From assembly GCA_030141605.1 (NCBI GenBank), contig JAQGDQ010000567.1, positions 53,349 to 117,348 on the forward strand: 64,000 nucleotides of DNA, given 5' to 3'. The translations under genes and the position numbers were made by a program. The notes under the pieces were generated by a model. It ran no database searches. It was not told the DNA's origin and worked only from the letters and a program-made list of their open reading frames with translations. Shown in pieces: positions 53,001 to 64,000 of this stretch. Positions within the stretch are counted from its first letter, which is position 1. Each line of letters opens with the position of its first letter. This DNA is from Tubiluchus corallicola. Its lineage: Eukaryota > Animalia > Priapulida.

Positions 53001-54501
53001 GTGGTTGACTCTCTGACCTTTGGTTTTTCACCACCTTTTCTCCCATGTTCATTTGTATTTTTGTATATTTTATTGTTAAATTAATGTAAATTTATGGAGA
53101 AAAATAAAAAATACTTACAACTTACTTAACTTACTTACTTTCATGACGTTTTTATTATGGTGGTTACAGTGTCTCCAAATTTATTTAATGCAACTGCAAC
53201 GTTAATTTTGCAGGCGATGATGTGGTCGGGTTGTCTGTCAGCATCAAGGACAGAGATGATATGATTCAAATCTGGAATACGAGATCGGATCTTGCTGATC
53301 AAAGTACTGTGATGGAAAAGGTCAAGTCGCTTTTACCCAATGTGGTTTTTCAAGCGGAATTTTACAAACGTAAGTGAAAATGCTGTTAGATTGTGAAATC
53401 TTAGGCCTGCTCTGTCAGAAGTATATAGTTAAGTATTATGCATTTCATTGCAGTTCTTTCACTAAATGAGAGTCTAAATAGGCCAGTATTGTGCACCCAA
53501 ACCTGTACTTCCTTCTCCATGTGTTGTTGGTATCCGTCTGTCTCGGAAGACAATGGAATGTGCGCCGAAAGAGTCGGTTATTGATCAGCTGCAGCGTCGA
53601 CTGTAGCTGAGCAATCCGATCTTTGAACCACTGGAGTGGCCTCTCCAAAGTGCACTGCCTGGGCAAGGTGTATGGAGATCCTGAGTTGCGCAGACAACAG
53701 CAACCCCCTCTCTTCCTCCCTGGTGTAGTCCAAAGGAAAGCGGAGCGATACTTTTGGCACCAGGTTGGCTGCAGGAGCTGCTGGAGTCAGTGAGCATGCT
53801 GCACTGGTCCGCCTTCGGGGCTCCGCTCCTGATTTAGAAAGTTTACTCCTTTACACATGGCCATTGGGTCACTTGACCTCCTCCATCCTCTAGCCGTTGG
53901 CTGCAATATACTCCATCCTCCGCCTACTGTCGAGATACAGTGTGGGCATCCCGCCAGCCTACAGCACCTGGTATTCCTAGGCAGTCCCCATCCAAGTACT
54001 AACCAGGCTCTACGTTGCTTAACTTCAGTGATCAGACGAGAACCGGTGTTTTCAACGTGATATAGCCGTAGACATCTAACAGTACAATAATGAGCTAATG
54101 CCCCCATTGTACTTATCATGCTAAAATTTGCACAGGGGCATGGCTATCAAAAATTATTATGTGCACTTCTAATTTTCACGTACTGCTACCAAAGACGGCG
54201 GAAAACTCACCATGGGCTTTGTTATTCTGCATAGCCTTCACATACACATGGAAACAGTAAATACGCTTCACGCATTACGGATCACGTATTACGCTTTACA
54301 TGGTTTATTACCAGGCTTTCAAGTAATTTTCTTTTGAATACGTGTCCTCTGTTACTATGACTACTAAGCGAAACTTTTGCATATTTTTCAGCTCACCAGA
54401 CACATCACGCTTATGAGGGGCAGAGAAAACAGATGGAGGTGCCTGCACATCATAGTCCAGTACTTGGTCAGTCTGGTCAATCGCAGGATCCCAGTATATG
54501 A
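49932..54501 (+). CDS. EIF4E3: Eukaryotic translation initiation factor 4E type 3 (class III), 6 coding exons, 238 aa
   Basis: join(49932..50086,50353..50425,50646..50740,52411..52538,53214..53369,54392..54501). GT-AG introns, phases consistent. Motifs [91 protein letters not shown] are typical of eIF4E3. Confidence 0.95.
50353..50425 (+). CDS. EIF4E3: eIF4E3 exon 2
   Basis: [24 protein letters not shown]. Confidence 0.93.
50646..50740 (+). CDS. EIF4E3: eIF4E3 exon 3
   Basis: [10 protein letters not shown]...[14 protein letters not shown]. Confidence 0.94.
51586..51700. repeat. About 22-bp minisatellite, about 5 copies
   Basis: (GT/CT)TA(C/T)AATGCCTTGCTACACGCC repeated. Confidence 0.75.
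52183..52383. repeat. Direct duplication, 107-bp period, ending just before the eIF4E3 exon 4 acceptor
   Basis: AATGGTGTGG..AAAAATATTACTTCGC at 52183 and 52290; a TTCCCAA-ttca-TTGGGAA palindrome sits at the junction. Confidence 0.85.
52411..52538 (+). CDS. EIF4E3: eIF4E3 exon 4
   Basis: [15 protein letters not shown]...[17 protein letters not shown]. Confidence 0.95.
52860..53140 (+). mobile_element. Probable LINE (CR1/L2) 3'UTR remnant
   Basis: T-rich UTR, stem GAGAAGGGTGGT..ACCACCTTTTCTC, AATAAA and a (CTTA)n tail. Confidence 0.45.
53214..53369 (+). CDS. EIF4E3: eIF4E3 exon 5
   Basis: [21 protein letters not shown]...[13 protein letters not shown]. Confidence 0.95.
53523..54073 (-). mobile_element. 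5S rRNA-derived SINE, copy 3 (longest)
   Basis: Head GTCTACGGCTATATCACGTTGAAAACACCGGTTCTCGTCTGATCACTGAAGTTAAGCAACG...GGAATACCAGGTGCTGTAGGCT (about 54073-53955), shared body, CCAACAACA tail. Confidence 0.9.
54392..54501 (+). CDS. EIF4E3: eIF4E3 exon 6 (stop TGA)
   Basis: [36 protein letters not shown]. Confidence 0.9.
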
Positions 54502-57500
54502 ACAAATACTTGCTCACTTATCAAATATTAAGCTTCTTCTAAATGCCGAGTTTTAGACAAGGGAATTGTGGGAAAATTCAAATATCACTTCAACTTTTGT
54601 TTCAGTAGTAATTTTTACAGGCCAAATACTGTAGCGAAACATGTCTCAGACCCTGTTTGTCCAGCAAGGTTTTTCAAATGGAAGTCTAGTTTTAGTGCCA
54701 ATCTTTAGTATATCATTGAAATGGATACAAAACACCAGCTTAACGTGTTGACCAAAAGTTTCTTTATAGTTGTTAGAGCCTTTAACAGTTACAAAGACAG
54801 GAATGAGAACTCCAAGTAGCCTTAAGAACAACAATGTCACAACAATAAATTCGTAAGAAATTCACAGTCATAATACTCATCACAGTCAGAAAAATAGAGC
54901 AATGGCGGAGAGAATCAAAAGACGGGTAAAATGTCAGACAACTACTACAGCTATAGCTCACGAGGCCAAAATGCTAATGTATTGAAGGACATTAGGTGCT
55001 TTAATTTTAAAAGAGTGACTACTGTATTAAGCTAAATGCCTACTAAATAAGCAAACAGGTGGCAGCACCATGGTGGTAATTGAAAACTAAATTAAAACCA
55101 AAAAAAGGGGCTATGCACCCACTACAATCATTTCCCATTGAATTTCTCATTTGGTTTCACCTTAACAGTGTCGACTGCACTGCCTTTAGAGCTGAATATT
55201 AAACTGACTTGTCACATGTAATTCTGTGTGACAGTACTGTGCATTGCTGAATGCTTAATGGGTTTAGGCTGGGATTTTGTAGACCTGCTGTGTTGCCATG
55301 CACAAAAATTATTGCAGTTCTGGATCATTTTCACGGTCACGTTACAAAATTACAGAAAAACTAACATTTAAATAAGTTTGAGCAAGTATAATTAATTTTC
55401 AAAATTATTAAAAGTGCAGCCCGGTGTAACTTGCAAGAACTGAGATCGCTAGTTGTTCAGGTTAGTCCAGTAAACAAGAGAACTTTTTCAGAAACCTTAC
55501 TCAATAATAAATGGGCAGTGTTGAATTCGATTCAGTTAAAGATGGCTTGGCTATTGTGCAGAAAAGCTCGTAGTGACCGTTGTCGTTGTTGCATTGCAGG
55601 CATACCGCTCTTACTTCAGCCATTAAACAAGATGTAGCCTTTGAAGCAACTTGTGCAAGGCAAACTGTTGTAAGAAGAAACATGTGCAGTTGCCATTAAT
55701 ATTTATTGATTCAATCTTGAGTAAATTCTAGGAAATACGATTTCTACCATGCTGTCCTAACTTTCGTACAATTTGGTTTGTCTTCCTAGAATTTTTTGCC
55801 AAAAAATTATAAATCTATGTAAATTTATGACTTCGCGTTTGGGAATATAGATTTAAGTGCCCCTATATTTTTGTTGGATTTCTTTATTTAGATAGTTAAG
55901 AGGCACTGGGCCTGGCTAGTAACTGAATGGGATATCACCAAAAAATTTCTGAGCACTTGTCATTTCTACCAGCCGTTATCAGTTTTATTTCTTTCATTAG
56001 AAGAGAACCGATATTTATCCAAATGAAGACAAACCACCTCTGACCCTTCAGTGTCACTTTTGAGAAGATTGTCTTTAATAATGAGAGAAGTACCTGCCCA
56101 GTTAAACATATGCAGTGGCTGTGAGGTCTCTATTAGTGCTTTTTCTGGAGCAATCAGTCCTGCTATTCTTGCTACGTAGATGTGGTCAAATTGAGTTTTA
56201 CCAAATCATGTTTTTAGCAATGCAAGTAGCTCTTAAAGTAATTTAAAAAATAGTATGTATGCGCGATATTTTAGTAATTACAAAATGTTCAATGATAAGA
56301 TGTCTAGTAGTCCAGCAGCTTCACGGATACTTCAAGGTTAGTGAAATACTTCATCTGGCCCAATGACAAATTTCAAAGACAAACTAACTCTTTACAATGT
56401 TTGTTTTGGATATCTTTCTGCAAAACGTTTGTTCCTTTGGTGTTACTGTTAACAGAAATATGGACTTACTGTTTTTGGCAGATAACGTGTACTAGTCGCA
56501 TAATTTTCACTTTGTTCGTGATTCACGTATCACATACTGTCTGCCCTTTTGCATAATTGATTACAATACTTCTGATAAAAAGTCATCATCTCTCATGTCA
56601 CATACTGGCTGCCCTTTTTCATACTTGATTACAATACTTCTGATAAAAACTCATTATCTGTCATGTCACGTGGATTTTTATGTACACTAAACTGAACTGA
56701 TAATGTTTATCTGATTCATCATATAGGTGTGATAATCTTTGAGTCAAGCATTCCCGATGCCACACGTGGCATTGTTTTCGACGCATTTTTATCGCTTGTG
56801 AAAATTATCAAATATGTTCAGTTTCGGTTTTTGTGATTTGGCCTTAATCCGTTGCAGAGTCTTTAATTTTCAAGTCGCAAAGTAAGGCAAAATTTAGTAG
56901 CAGAGACCTCAGAAATCGGTCAAAGTTTCTGTACACTCGTCAGCTGTGGTGCCTTAAAAATGGGATCAGCTGGTGGTGCAATTGTCCTGAGACATGCAGT
57001 GTATGCTGCCATCCAAATATAGAAGTTATATTTTGAGAATTAGTTTGAGATTATCCAGAGTATCTAGTAACCTTAAATAAGTAGTTAGTTTTTTGCAGCA
57101 GGCCCCGGTGAAGTATTCTGTCTGTTTTCTTTTGTCAATGACGAAAATGAATGAAAGACGTTCGCGGTTTTTTCACGCAACCTTTCCACATGTGACTGAA
57201 TATTAAGAAAGTGATAAAACCTCCATCATTTCATAAAACTTGCAGTTTTGGCGTTAGCTTGTGGCTGATTCGTAAAATCTTGTGAATTTTCTGTGATGCT
57301 TATTAGTTAACTTGCCCATGTCAGATAGTATTGTGAAATCGGTGCTCCATCTTTTGCAGTTTTCAGTTAAAAGCTCACATTAGAATCAATTCCTGCTTCA
57401 GATTTTGTGTTAAAACCTTTGAATAAGTTATTCAAATGCTCATTGCAGTAAAGTCGACTAAAATGAAGCGTCAGTCAAATGGTTCCTTACCACTCATGTT

Positions 57501-58936
57501 AGAATATATCTATAGCTGCTTTTATTAGATCTAACATGCTTGTCTCGGATACAAAGCTCGTAAAGTGCCGCAGTGTTGTGATATTCCGAAACTCCCAAAT
57601 GCAAAATGTCACTAAGGAAACTTTCCAGAATTTTGTTATTTTCTGTCTGTAGTTGATTCTAGAAGTTAGAAACATTGTAGAACTTGCAGTTGTCGCTTCC
57701 ACTATTGCTACAATTGCACTAATTAGATATGTAGTTAATCAATTATGCTGATTTTCTTTTATGTTGGCCATATATGTTAAAAAATTGTTATAAATATGTA
57801 AAGCGAATGTCACCGGTCACATAATAATGTACAGAACGATGCATACGAGCACGTTTAATGTAAAATAAATGTTATTACTTGAATCAGCTTTAAGGTTCTT
57901 GCGTTGTTTTTTAGACCCGTTTAGCTATGATAGCCATATTTGTTTCCTTTACTCCTATCCAGTTGTTCTAAAATTTCCCAGTCATTTGTTGCCTAACTTG
58001 CTAGGTCATCCAGTGTGTGCTTAGAAAAGGCGTGTCCCTTTTATGGTACCTGCCTTCATTTATGGCTGTCATCTTTGTTGTTTTCATCATCACTAGGTGC
58101 TTGGGGTTATATTATGCCAAGGAATTTGTGCTTGTAAGTGTTTTGTTTTGTTGGCTCAGTCTAGCTTGCTTGTTTGTTTGTTTGACCTTCACTCATGTTC
58201 TGATAATATCTTACACAAACTGCCCGTGGAAGAACTTCGTGCCTGTACCATTCTCGATGTTGTCTAACCCCCGGATGCTACATCCTGGCTCCTGTAGCCC
58301 CCTTTTAGACTGGATAATGCGTTATCCCATTTGACACGATCATGTTTGTGGCCCGGTTGGGTCTGATTTGGGGCTTATGCTGCTACTTTCAGCCTCTTGT
58401 TATTTAAATAGAAGATGCTCACTAAATTTCCCATTTCCTGTCTCACTGGTTTCTAAATGCCGATAGGCAGCTGAGCACCCGTATTTCTACATGCTAAGCA
58501 GCTGCTTATAGAATAATTTCCCTGGACTTCTTCTCTTTGTATTACCAGAAATTTATTTTCTTTTGAGTAAAAACACACTGTCTTTTGGTACAACTAAGAG
58601 GATCCCGTTCTTCTGGACCTGTAGGCCTATTTTTCTGCTTATCTCAAGTCATTACTAACTACTGGCTTCTTTTGCGATGATTCGTTAAAAAACAAGAAAA
58701 ATTCAGGTTCAATACTGCATCAGTATGTGTACTATCTAATCGCACTGTTTATGTGTGAATGGAAATGAATGGAAATTGATTATCTTTCATTGCTCATTAA
58801 CACTCATTCACTTAATAATCAACAAACATTTTTTTACAGTAATTTATTGCTATTATCCAAATGAAAAGGCACCAAAATGATTTAATAAAGACACTTGCGG
58901 CTTTAAGCCTACATAATAAGTAGTAATATTTTAATA

Positions 58937-59703
58937 TACGGTTTTACACGTCAAATGCAGACACAGGAAAGTTCAAATGTGACTTAGGTAAGTCAAATGT
59001 AGACATAGGAATTTCAAATGTATTTTGGTAACTCAAATGTGACTTAGGTAAGTCAAATGTAGACATAGGAATTTCGAATGTGTTTTGGTAACTCAAATGT
59101 GACTTAGGTAAGTCAATTGTAGATGCATTACTTTGAATAAATCGGTAATTAACTCATTTAAGTGCAAATTACAAAAAGATAAACCAAAGATAGTCATCAC
59201 CTCTTTCATAACTTTGAAAAGTCTGTTGTTTATCCTCAAACTAAATTCTTTGATAAACCATAATGTGGGTAGAAAAGAATAAAGTGGTTCCCACTTCCCA
59301 ATGAACAGTGAATCACTAATTAGTTTTTTAAGTAATGCATTAGCACTGCATTAATGAATTAGTTTCTCTCAAGAAACATTGTTTATTTTAAGAATGTATT
59401 GTTTTCTCTAACAGTTCCAATGGTATGTAAAGTTTGCAGAATATTAGTGAACTATTAGTAGACCTATAAAGTTATTATTTTCACAGCAATTATTAAATTG
59501 AAATTAAAGAAGATTAAATTTAACATCCTTAAACTTTACCACTTATCCACATTTGAGACACCAATGTCACATTTGACTTGACATGTGTCTACATTTGACT
59601 TACCAAAAGAGCTCAAGATTTGTTGAAAACCATTGTTAACACATTTGAACTATTAAGTCTACATATGACTTAACGTAGGTCTATATTTGACATGTAAAAC
59701 CTA
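58937..59703. mobile_element. MITE family C, copy 2 (inverted relative to 25104-25809)
   Basis: Long reverse-complement identity to the intron-4 copy; ends TACGGTTTTACACGTC / CATGTAAAACCTA. Confidence 0.8.
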
Positions 59704-60795
59704 TAATACAATAAAATATTGATAATAGCATATAATCTTGGAAAGCAGTTAGTAGAAAACTTTTGACAATATGGCATATCTTTATTATTTATATATGATG
59801 ATTTTGGTTACACAGAAATAATGCAGTGAATCTATACGTCAGGTGTTTATATTTTTTTGCAAATTTGCAGCAACAGAAGAACAAGAAGTCAAGCATGTAG
59901 CAATACTTAAATAACAAACAAAAAAGAACATAAAAAAGTATTTAAAATATTTATATAATAGTAAAATAATTGTTTACTAGTTATCAGACAGGACTTGTTA
60001 ATACCAACAAATCAGTAGGCACTGTGTTTTCATTAGTTTGTTACCAGTTATCTTATTTTTGAAAGTTTTTTTACTCCATAGTAGATTATAAACTTTCCAC
60101 TATGTAAAAGCAGGTACCAAAAAGCCAAGATTTTAAAATAGACTTTAGACAATGGGGATTTTTTGTAATTTTGATAGATTGTTTGCAAAAACACAAGGCT
60201 AATACATACAAATCAAACTGGAAAATACGCAGCTAAACTTTCCTGGAAAACATTTTTAAGATAAATAATTCATATATATTCGAAGTGTTTATTAAAATAG
60301 ATTTGAGACCCGTAGGGTCTACATGTACTAGATGTGTCATTAAAAATTATGACATCGTATTTTTCGCTTTTAAAAAGCACAATATTTGATAACGCATTGA
60401 TTTTACAATTTGGATTTTTATGAAAGCTATTTGTTTTGGCAGCAGTTAAAAGCAATCAAACTTGACCTTTACCTTGTTGCATAATTATGTCTTTTAAACG
60501 TTCCAACAATTTGGTAATTTTATAAAATAGATCATAAAGATTAGTCACCAGGTTTATTAAACCGAATAATACGCAGACAAAAATGTATTTTAAACAAGAA
60601 GGGGGATTCATAAAAAGCGGTTCATATCAAAATAAATACGAATAAAGCCTATTGTGAACAATATCGGCATGAAATTAATAGTAAATGCTTCAAGGATTAA
60701 TGATGCCAGAGAAAAATGTTTTTTGCAATCTTGATACTTCTGTAAGCAAGCTGTTTTTACTAGCCCACCCTGTACTTTCAATTTGAAGACATACC

Positions 60796-61120
60796 TAGAG
60801 GATCTCGAAGATTTCAGCATATGAAGAGCACCCGTATTGCTGTTTGCCAGGAGGCACTTTTTAACACGTTTAACAATAAGAACTCCATGCTGTGTCAAGC
60901 AGATGTTTAACATTTAGAACGGTATATTATTTGGAATTATACTAATTTAAGAATTGTTCCCTTTATCACAAAAGTATAACTGCAAATAATATACCGTTAT
61001 AAATGTTAAACATCTGCTTGACACAGCATGGAGTTCTTATTGTTAAATGTGTTAAAAATTGCCTCCTGGCAAACAGCAATACGGGTGCTCTTCATATGCT
61101 GAAATCTTCGAGATCCTCTA
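60796..61120. mobile_element. Foldback element: 138-bp inverted arms, 49-nt spacer, 5-bp flanking duplication ATACC
   Basis: Arms 60796-60933 and 60983-61120 with 3 mismatches seen; ATACC at 60791-60795 and 61121-61125. Confidence 0.8.
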
Positions 61121-61233
61121 ATACCAAAACAATTGAAGTGAAGTTACTTAACAGCTAATTTGCTTAGCCTATGAGTGCAGCATGCAGCCTCATTTCTGTC
61201 CTCAAGTTACACATTGCTCTCGCGCTCTTAATT

Positions 61234-61377
61234 CTAAAGAATGGTGCACACTGGCGCACAGCATCCGGGAAACGCCTTGCCCTTCCGTGCAGAGATCAAA
61301 CGTGATTTTTCCGATCCTGGCTGAGTCGGAATCCGTCCGATGATGATTTCTTTTGTGTCTGCACTGAACACGTCTTC
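61234..61377 (-). CDS. Candidate terminal exon of a prenylated (CaaX) protein
   Basis: After acceptor tgtattacag: EDVFSADTKEIIIGRIPTQPGSEKSRLISARKGKAFPGCCAPVCTIL*. GC-elevated; basic patch, then CC, then CTIL-stop. Confidence 0.55.
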   Translation of the reverse strand, partial: EDVFSADTKEIIIGRIPTQPGSEKSRLISARKGKAFPGCCAPVCTIL

Positions 61378-61721
61378 CTGTAATACATAAATCCAGTCGG
61401 AATGGTTGAGTGGTCAAGTACACATGATTTGCGTGAGTGCCCCATAACCACTTTAGTTCGATATTCACTCTGGCGAGTTTCATTTGCCATACTGATCGTG
61501 ACTATTTACCTTGTAGATTTATTTGATTTAACTCTTTATTTCGAACTAGGTTCATAGAATACATAACATACAATAATTATAACCCCCTTCTCTCAACACA
61601 TACAAATTAATACTTAAATAAATAAAATAACAGTACAATATATATATACACAATATCATACGTCCAGCCTGAATCGTCACCCATAATTTCTACCTAATAC
61701 TTTCCTCCATTGGTCTCTTAC

Positions 61722-61791
61722 GTCTGAAGTGTAAAATGCGTCACTGTTATTCGAGGCCTTTATAAGAACATTTGAGCTTTGCATTACTCTA
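61722..61791 (-). CDS. Candidate penultimate exon of the CaaX gene
   Basis: Acceptor tttatacag, RVMQSSNVLIKASNNSDAFYTSD, donor gtaaga; its phase-0 end joins in frame to 61377. Confidence 0.35.
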
Positions 61792-62202
61792 CTGTATAAA
61801 CTGTATGTAGTTTTCCTATCATATGTTAGAGTATAAAACATCGTGGTCTACTGAAATGGTCCTAGAACTATAATCATATAGGTAGTTGAAAAGTTTGCGT
61901 TTTTAAATATTGTGAGCTACTTTAAGTTTGCTGAGACTGTAGTTATAAAAATGTCACCAGGTGGCCATACCGTAGGCCATACCGTAGAAAGAATTACAAT
62001 AAGAATTACATTAAGTAGAGTTAGGATGTATATACATCCCAATGTGGCTAACATATCTTTGCCAATTCGGTGGTTCGTTTGAGAGAGTTATGCATGATAA
62101 TGAGCATGATTCCAGTCTTGCCACAGGCATCTTATTTGGTAAGTGAATGCTGGCTCAGGTCTGCAGTGTCTAAATTTGTAGATCAGCAGATTACTTAATG
62201 TT

Positions 62203-64000
62203 AGTAGTATAGATGTTTTGCCTCTGGCCGATTTCCCCGGGGGGTGGGGATTTCCCCGGGGGGGGGGGGGGAAACACCCCTAAAAAAGTGCGAAAATCCG
62301 GAAACACCCCTAAAAAAGTGAAGTGGCTCTATTGTCGTGCTAGTTAAGTGACCAATTTAAGGATTAGGAGTGACGGTTGGTCGACGGGCCACGCCCCCCT
62401 CGACTGCCGGGGGTGGGAACAAAAATCACCCCCCTAAAAAAGTGAAGTGGGTCTATTGTTGCGCTAGTTAAGTGCTCGATTTAAGGATTAGGAGTGACGG
62501 TTGGGACTCGCGCACGTTTTGGGGGGGGTGCGCCCGGCGAGAACACCCCCCCCCCCCCCTCCGCGGTAAATGCAGTCGTCCGTTCGACACGCGCTCGCTG
62601 CGCACTTTGCTTGCTCCACCCTAATTGTGGCTAATCCGGTAATCGACTCTCGCCGCCTAGCTAGCTAGATAATGGGCTAAAAGATTTCTCTACCCACGTG
62701 CAGCAGTCTCGTCGTCGTCGTCGTTAAATGGTTAGGATGTTCTTTTATGCGAGTCTAAATTGCCTTGCAATTTTTAAAAATTTTACCCCACCCTCATCCG
62801 GGTTAGAATGTTCTTTTATGCGCGTCTAAGTTGCAATACAATTTTTAAAAATTTTATCCTACCTTTATCCGAGATGGATGGATGCCGTCACCGAAAAAGC
62901 CTTCTTCGCTCCATCCAATGCGGTCGCATCGTGCAACATACAGTCTACTCACACGCGCACACACCGCCGAGCACGATTGTTAGCACGGGCCGACCATTAG
63001 CACGAACGTTACCGCGTGTAACATACAGTCTACTCACGCGTCGCCGAGCATGATTAATTTCTGGGTTTCTTTATTTTTTTGTCAACTGTATCCAACGATG
63101 ATGATGATGATGACGACGATGATGATGCGGTATTACCTAAAGCAGAGTCTGATCTTTGGTCGTCATCCACTTTTTTATCCGACAGAACAATAATAACTAA
63201 TGTTAGTTAAAATTATCTTTTCATTTTGTAAAAATCTTTCTATCTGTACTAACTTGCATGTTTAAACCCGCAACGAATGCACTCATCTGATCAGACGCCA
63301 AGGCAGGCACGTGTCTATTTTGTAAAAATCTTTCTATCTGTACTAACTCGCATGTTTAAACCCGCAACGAATGCACTCATCTGATCAGACGCCAAGGCGG
63401 GCACGTGTCTATTGCTTAATCCGGTAATTTACTCGACTACCTAGCTAATGAGGGCTTAATCCGTTAATTGACTTGCGAGACGTGACACCCGCGACTATTT
63501 AAGTGCGTGTACCTGTTTTTAAAAAAAAGCCCGTTGGAATGTACAGCAAGCAGACAGTAGGACAGCTGCCGTCTAGATAAAATTGAATGCCCGCAGCCTT
63601 CTAGTCTGCACGAATTTCAACGAGTCAGTATTTTTTAGGTGAGGATATATATATAATCACAAAAACTCACAAGTTGCATTAGCCACATTTTTATTGAAAG
63701 ATTTCTTTTTTGACAATAGGGTATTTAAAATTTTACTTTTATCTAGACTAGATGTACAAAGAGAAAAAAAAACTGAGGCGCTTTACTATTAGACTAAAAT
63801 TGCCAGAGACTGAAGTGTATTTACTTTTTAAAATATTCATTTATCTTTATCCCGATGGGGTGTACCTTTACTATTTAAAAAATATTCATTTATCTTTATC
63901 CTGGTCGGATGCTTTCTTCCGGTTGACAAAAACGATGTTGGGTGGGGGACCCATGCTCGTTGATGACGCCGTTATTGCTGTTGTTGCTGACGATGTTGTT
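62203..64000. mobile_element. Probable terminus of a Polinton/Maverick-like element running off the window
   Basis: Abrupt composition change starting AGTAGTATAGATG. G/C homopolymer runs, internal direct repeats (GAAACACCCCTAAAAAAGTG, TTAAGGATTAGGAGTGACGGTTGG, a 94-bp duplication at about 63224-63412), CpG-rich. No Polinton ORF visible yet. Confidence 0.5.

Noticed and set aside
53955-54073. Functional 5S rRNA genes (also near 40215-40331 and 44480-44599)
   Set aside because: The copies are dispersed, mutually diverged, lack an oligo-T terminator and are fused to a common body, so they are SINE heads.
54502-58900. Additional protein-coding exons downstream of eIF4E3
   Set aside because: The short ORFs lack splice-consistent structure or homology; more likely a long 3'UTR or intergenic DNA.
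61202-61483. 93-aa minus-strand ORF from the track, and a 36-nt micro-exon at 61510-61545
   Set aside because: No recognisable motif. The overlapping frame ending in CTIL* with a phase-0 upstream exon is more convincing. Not fully excluded without RNA data.

Overview
AT-rich, intron-rich animal (invertebrate-type) genomic DNA, not prokaryotic. Two complete spliced housekeeping genes lie in tandem on the + strand, both read off by hand with GT-AG junctions and consistent phases. The first is cytosolic glutaminyl-tRNA synthetase (QARS1, 19 exons, 19064-48236, 781 aa). The second is a class III cap-binding factor (eIF4E3, 6 exons, 49932-54501, 238 aa). Head-to-head with QARS1 is an intronless 241-aa secreted protein with a degenerate discoidin (F5/8C)-like C-terminus. 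A minus-strand terminal exon ending in a CaaX box (CTIL) lies near the right end, followed by what looks like a Polinton/Maverick terminus. Introns hold hAT- and pogo-type MITEs, solo LTRs, a Helitron, RTE and CR1/L2 fragments, a tRNA-derived Meta-type SINE, three copies of a 5S-rRNA-derived SINE, and several satellites. Most unexpected: (1) a single intact, splice-competent reelin exon sitting antisense in QARS1 intron 12, with no other reelin exon seen in the window; (2) substitutions at two normally conserved anticodon-contact positions of the GlnRS; (3) inverted MITE copies bracketing a frame-preserving 3-exon block; (4) a near-perfect 138-bp-arm foldback with a 5-bp target duplication. 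All family assignments come from remembered motifs, not database searches.
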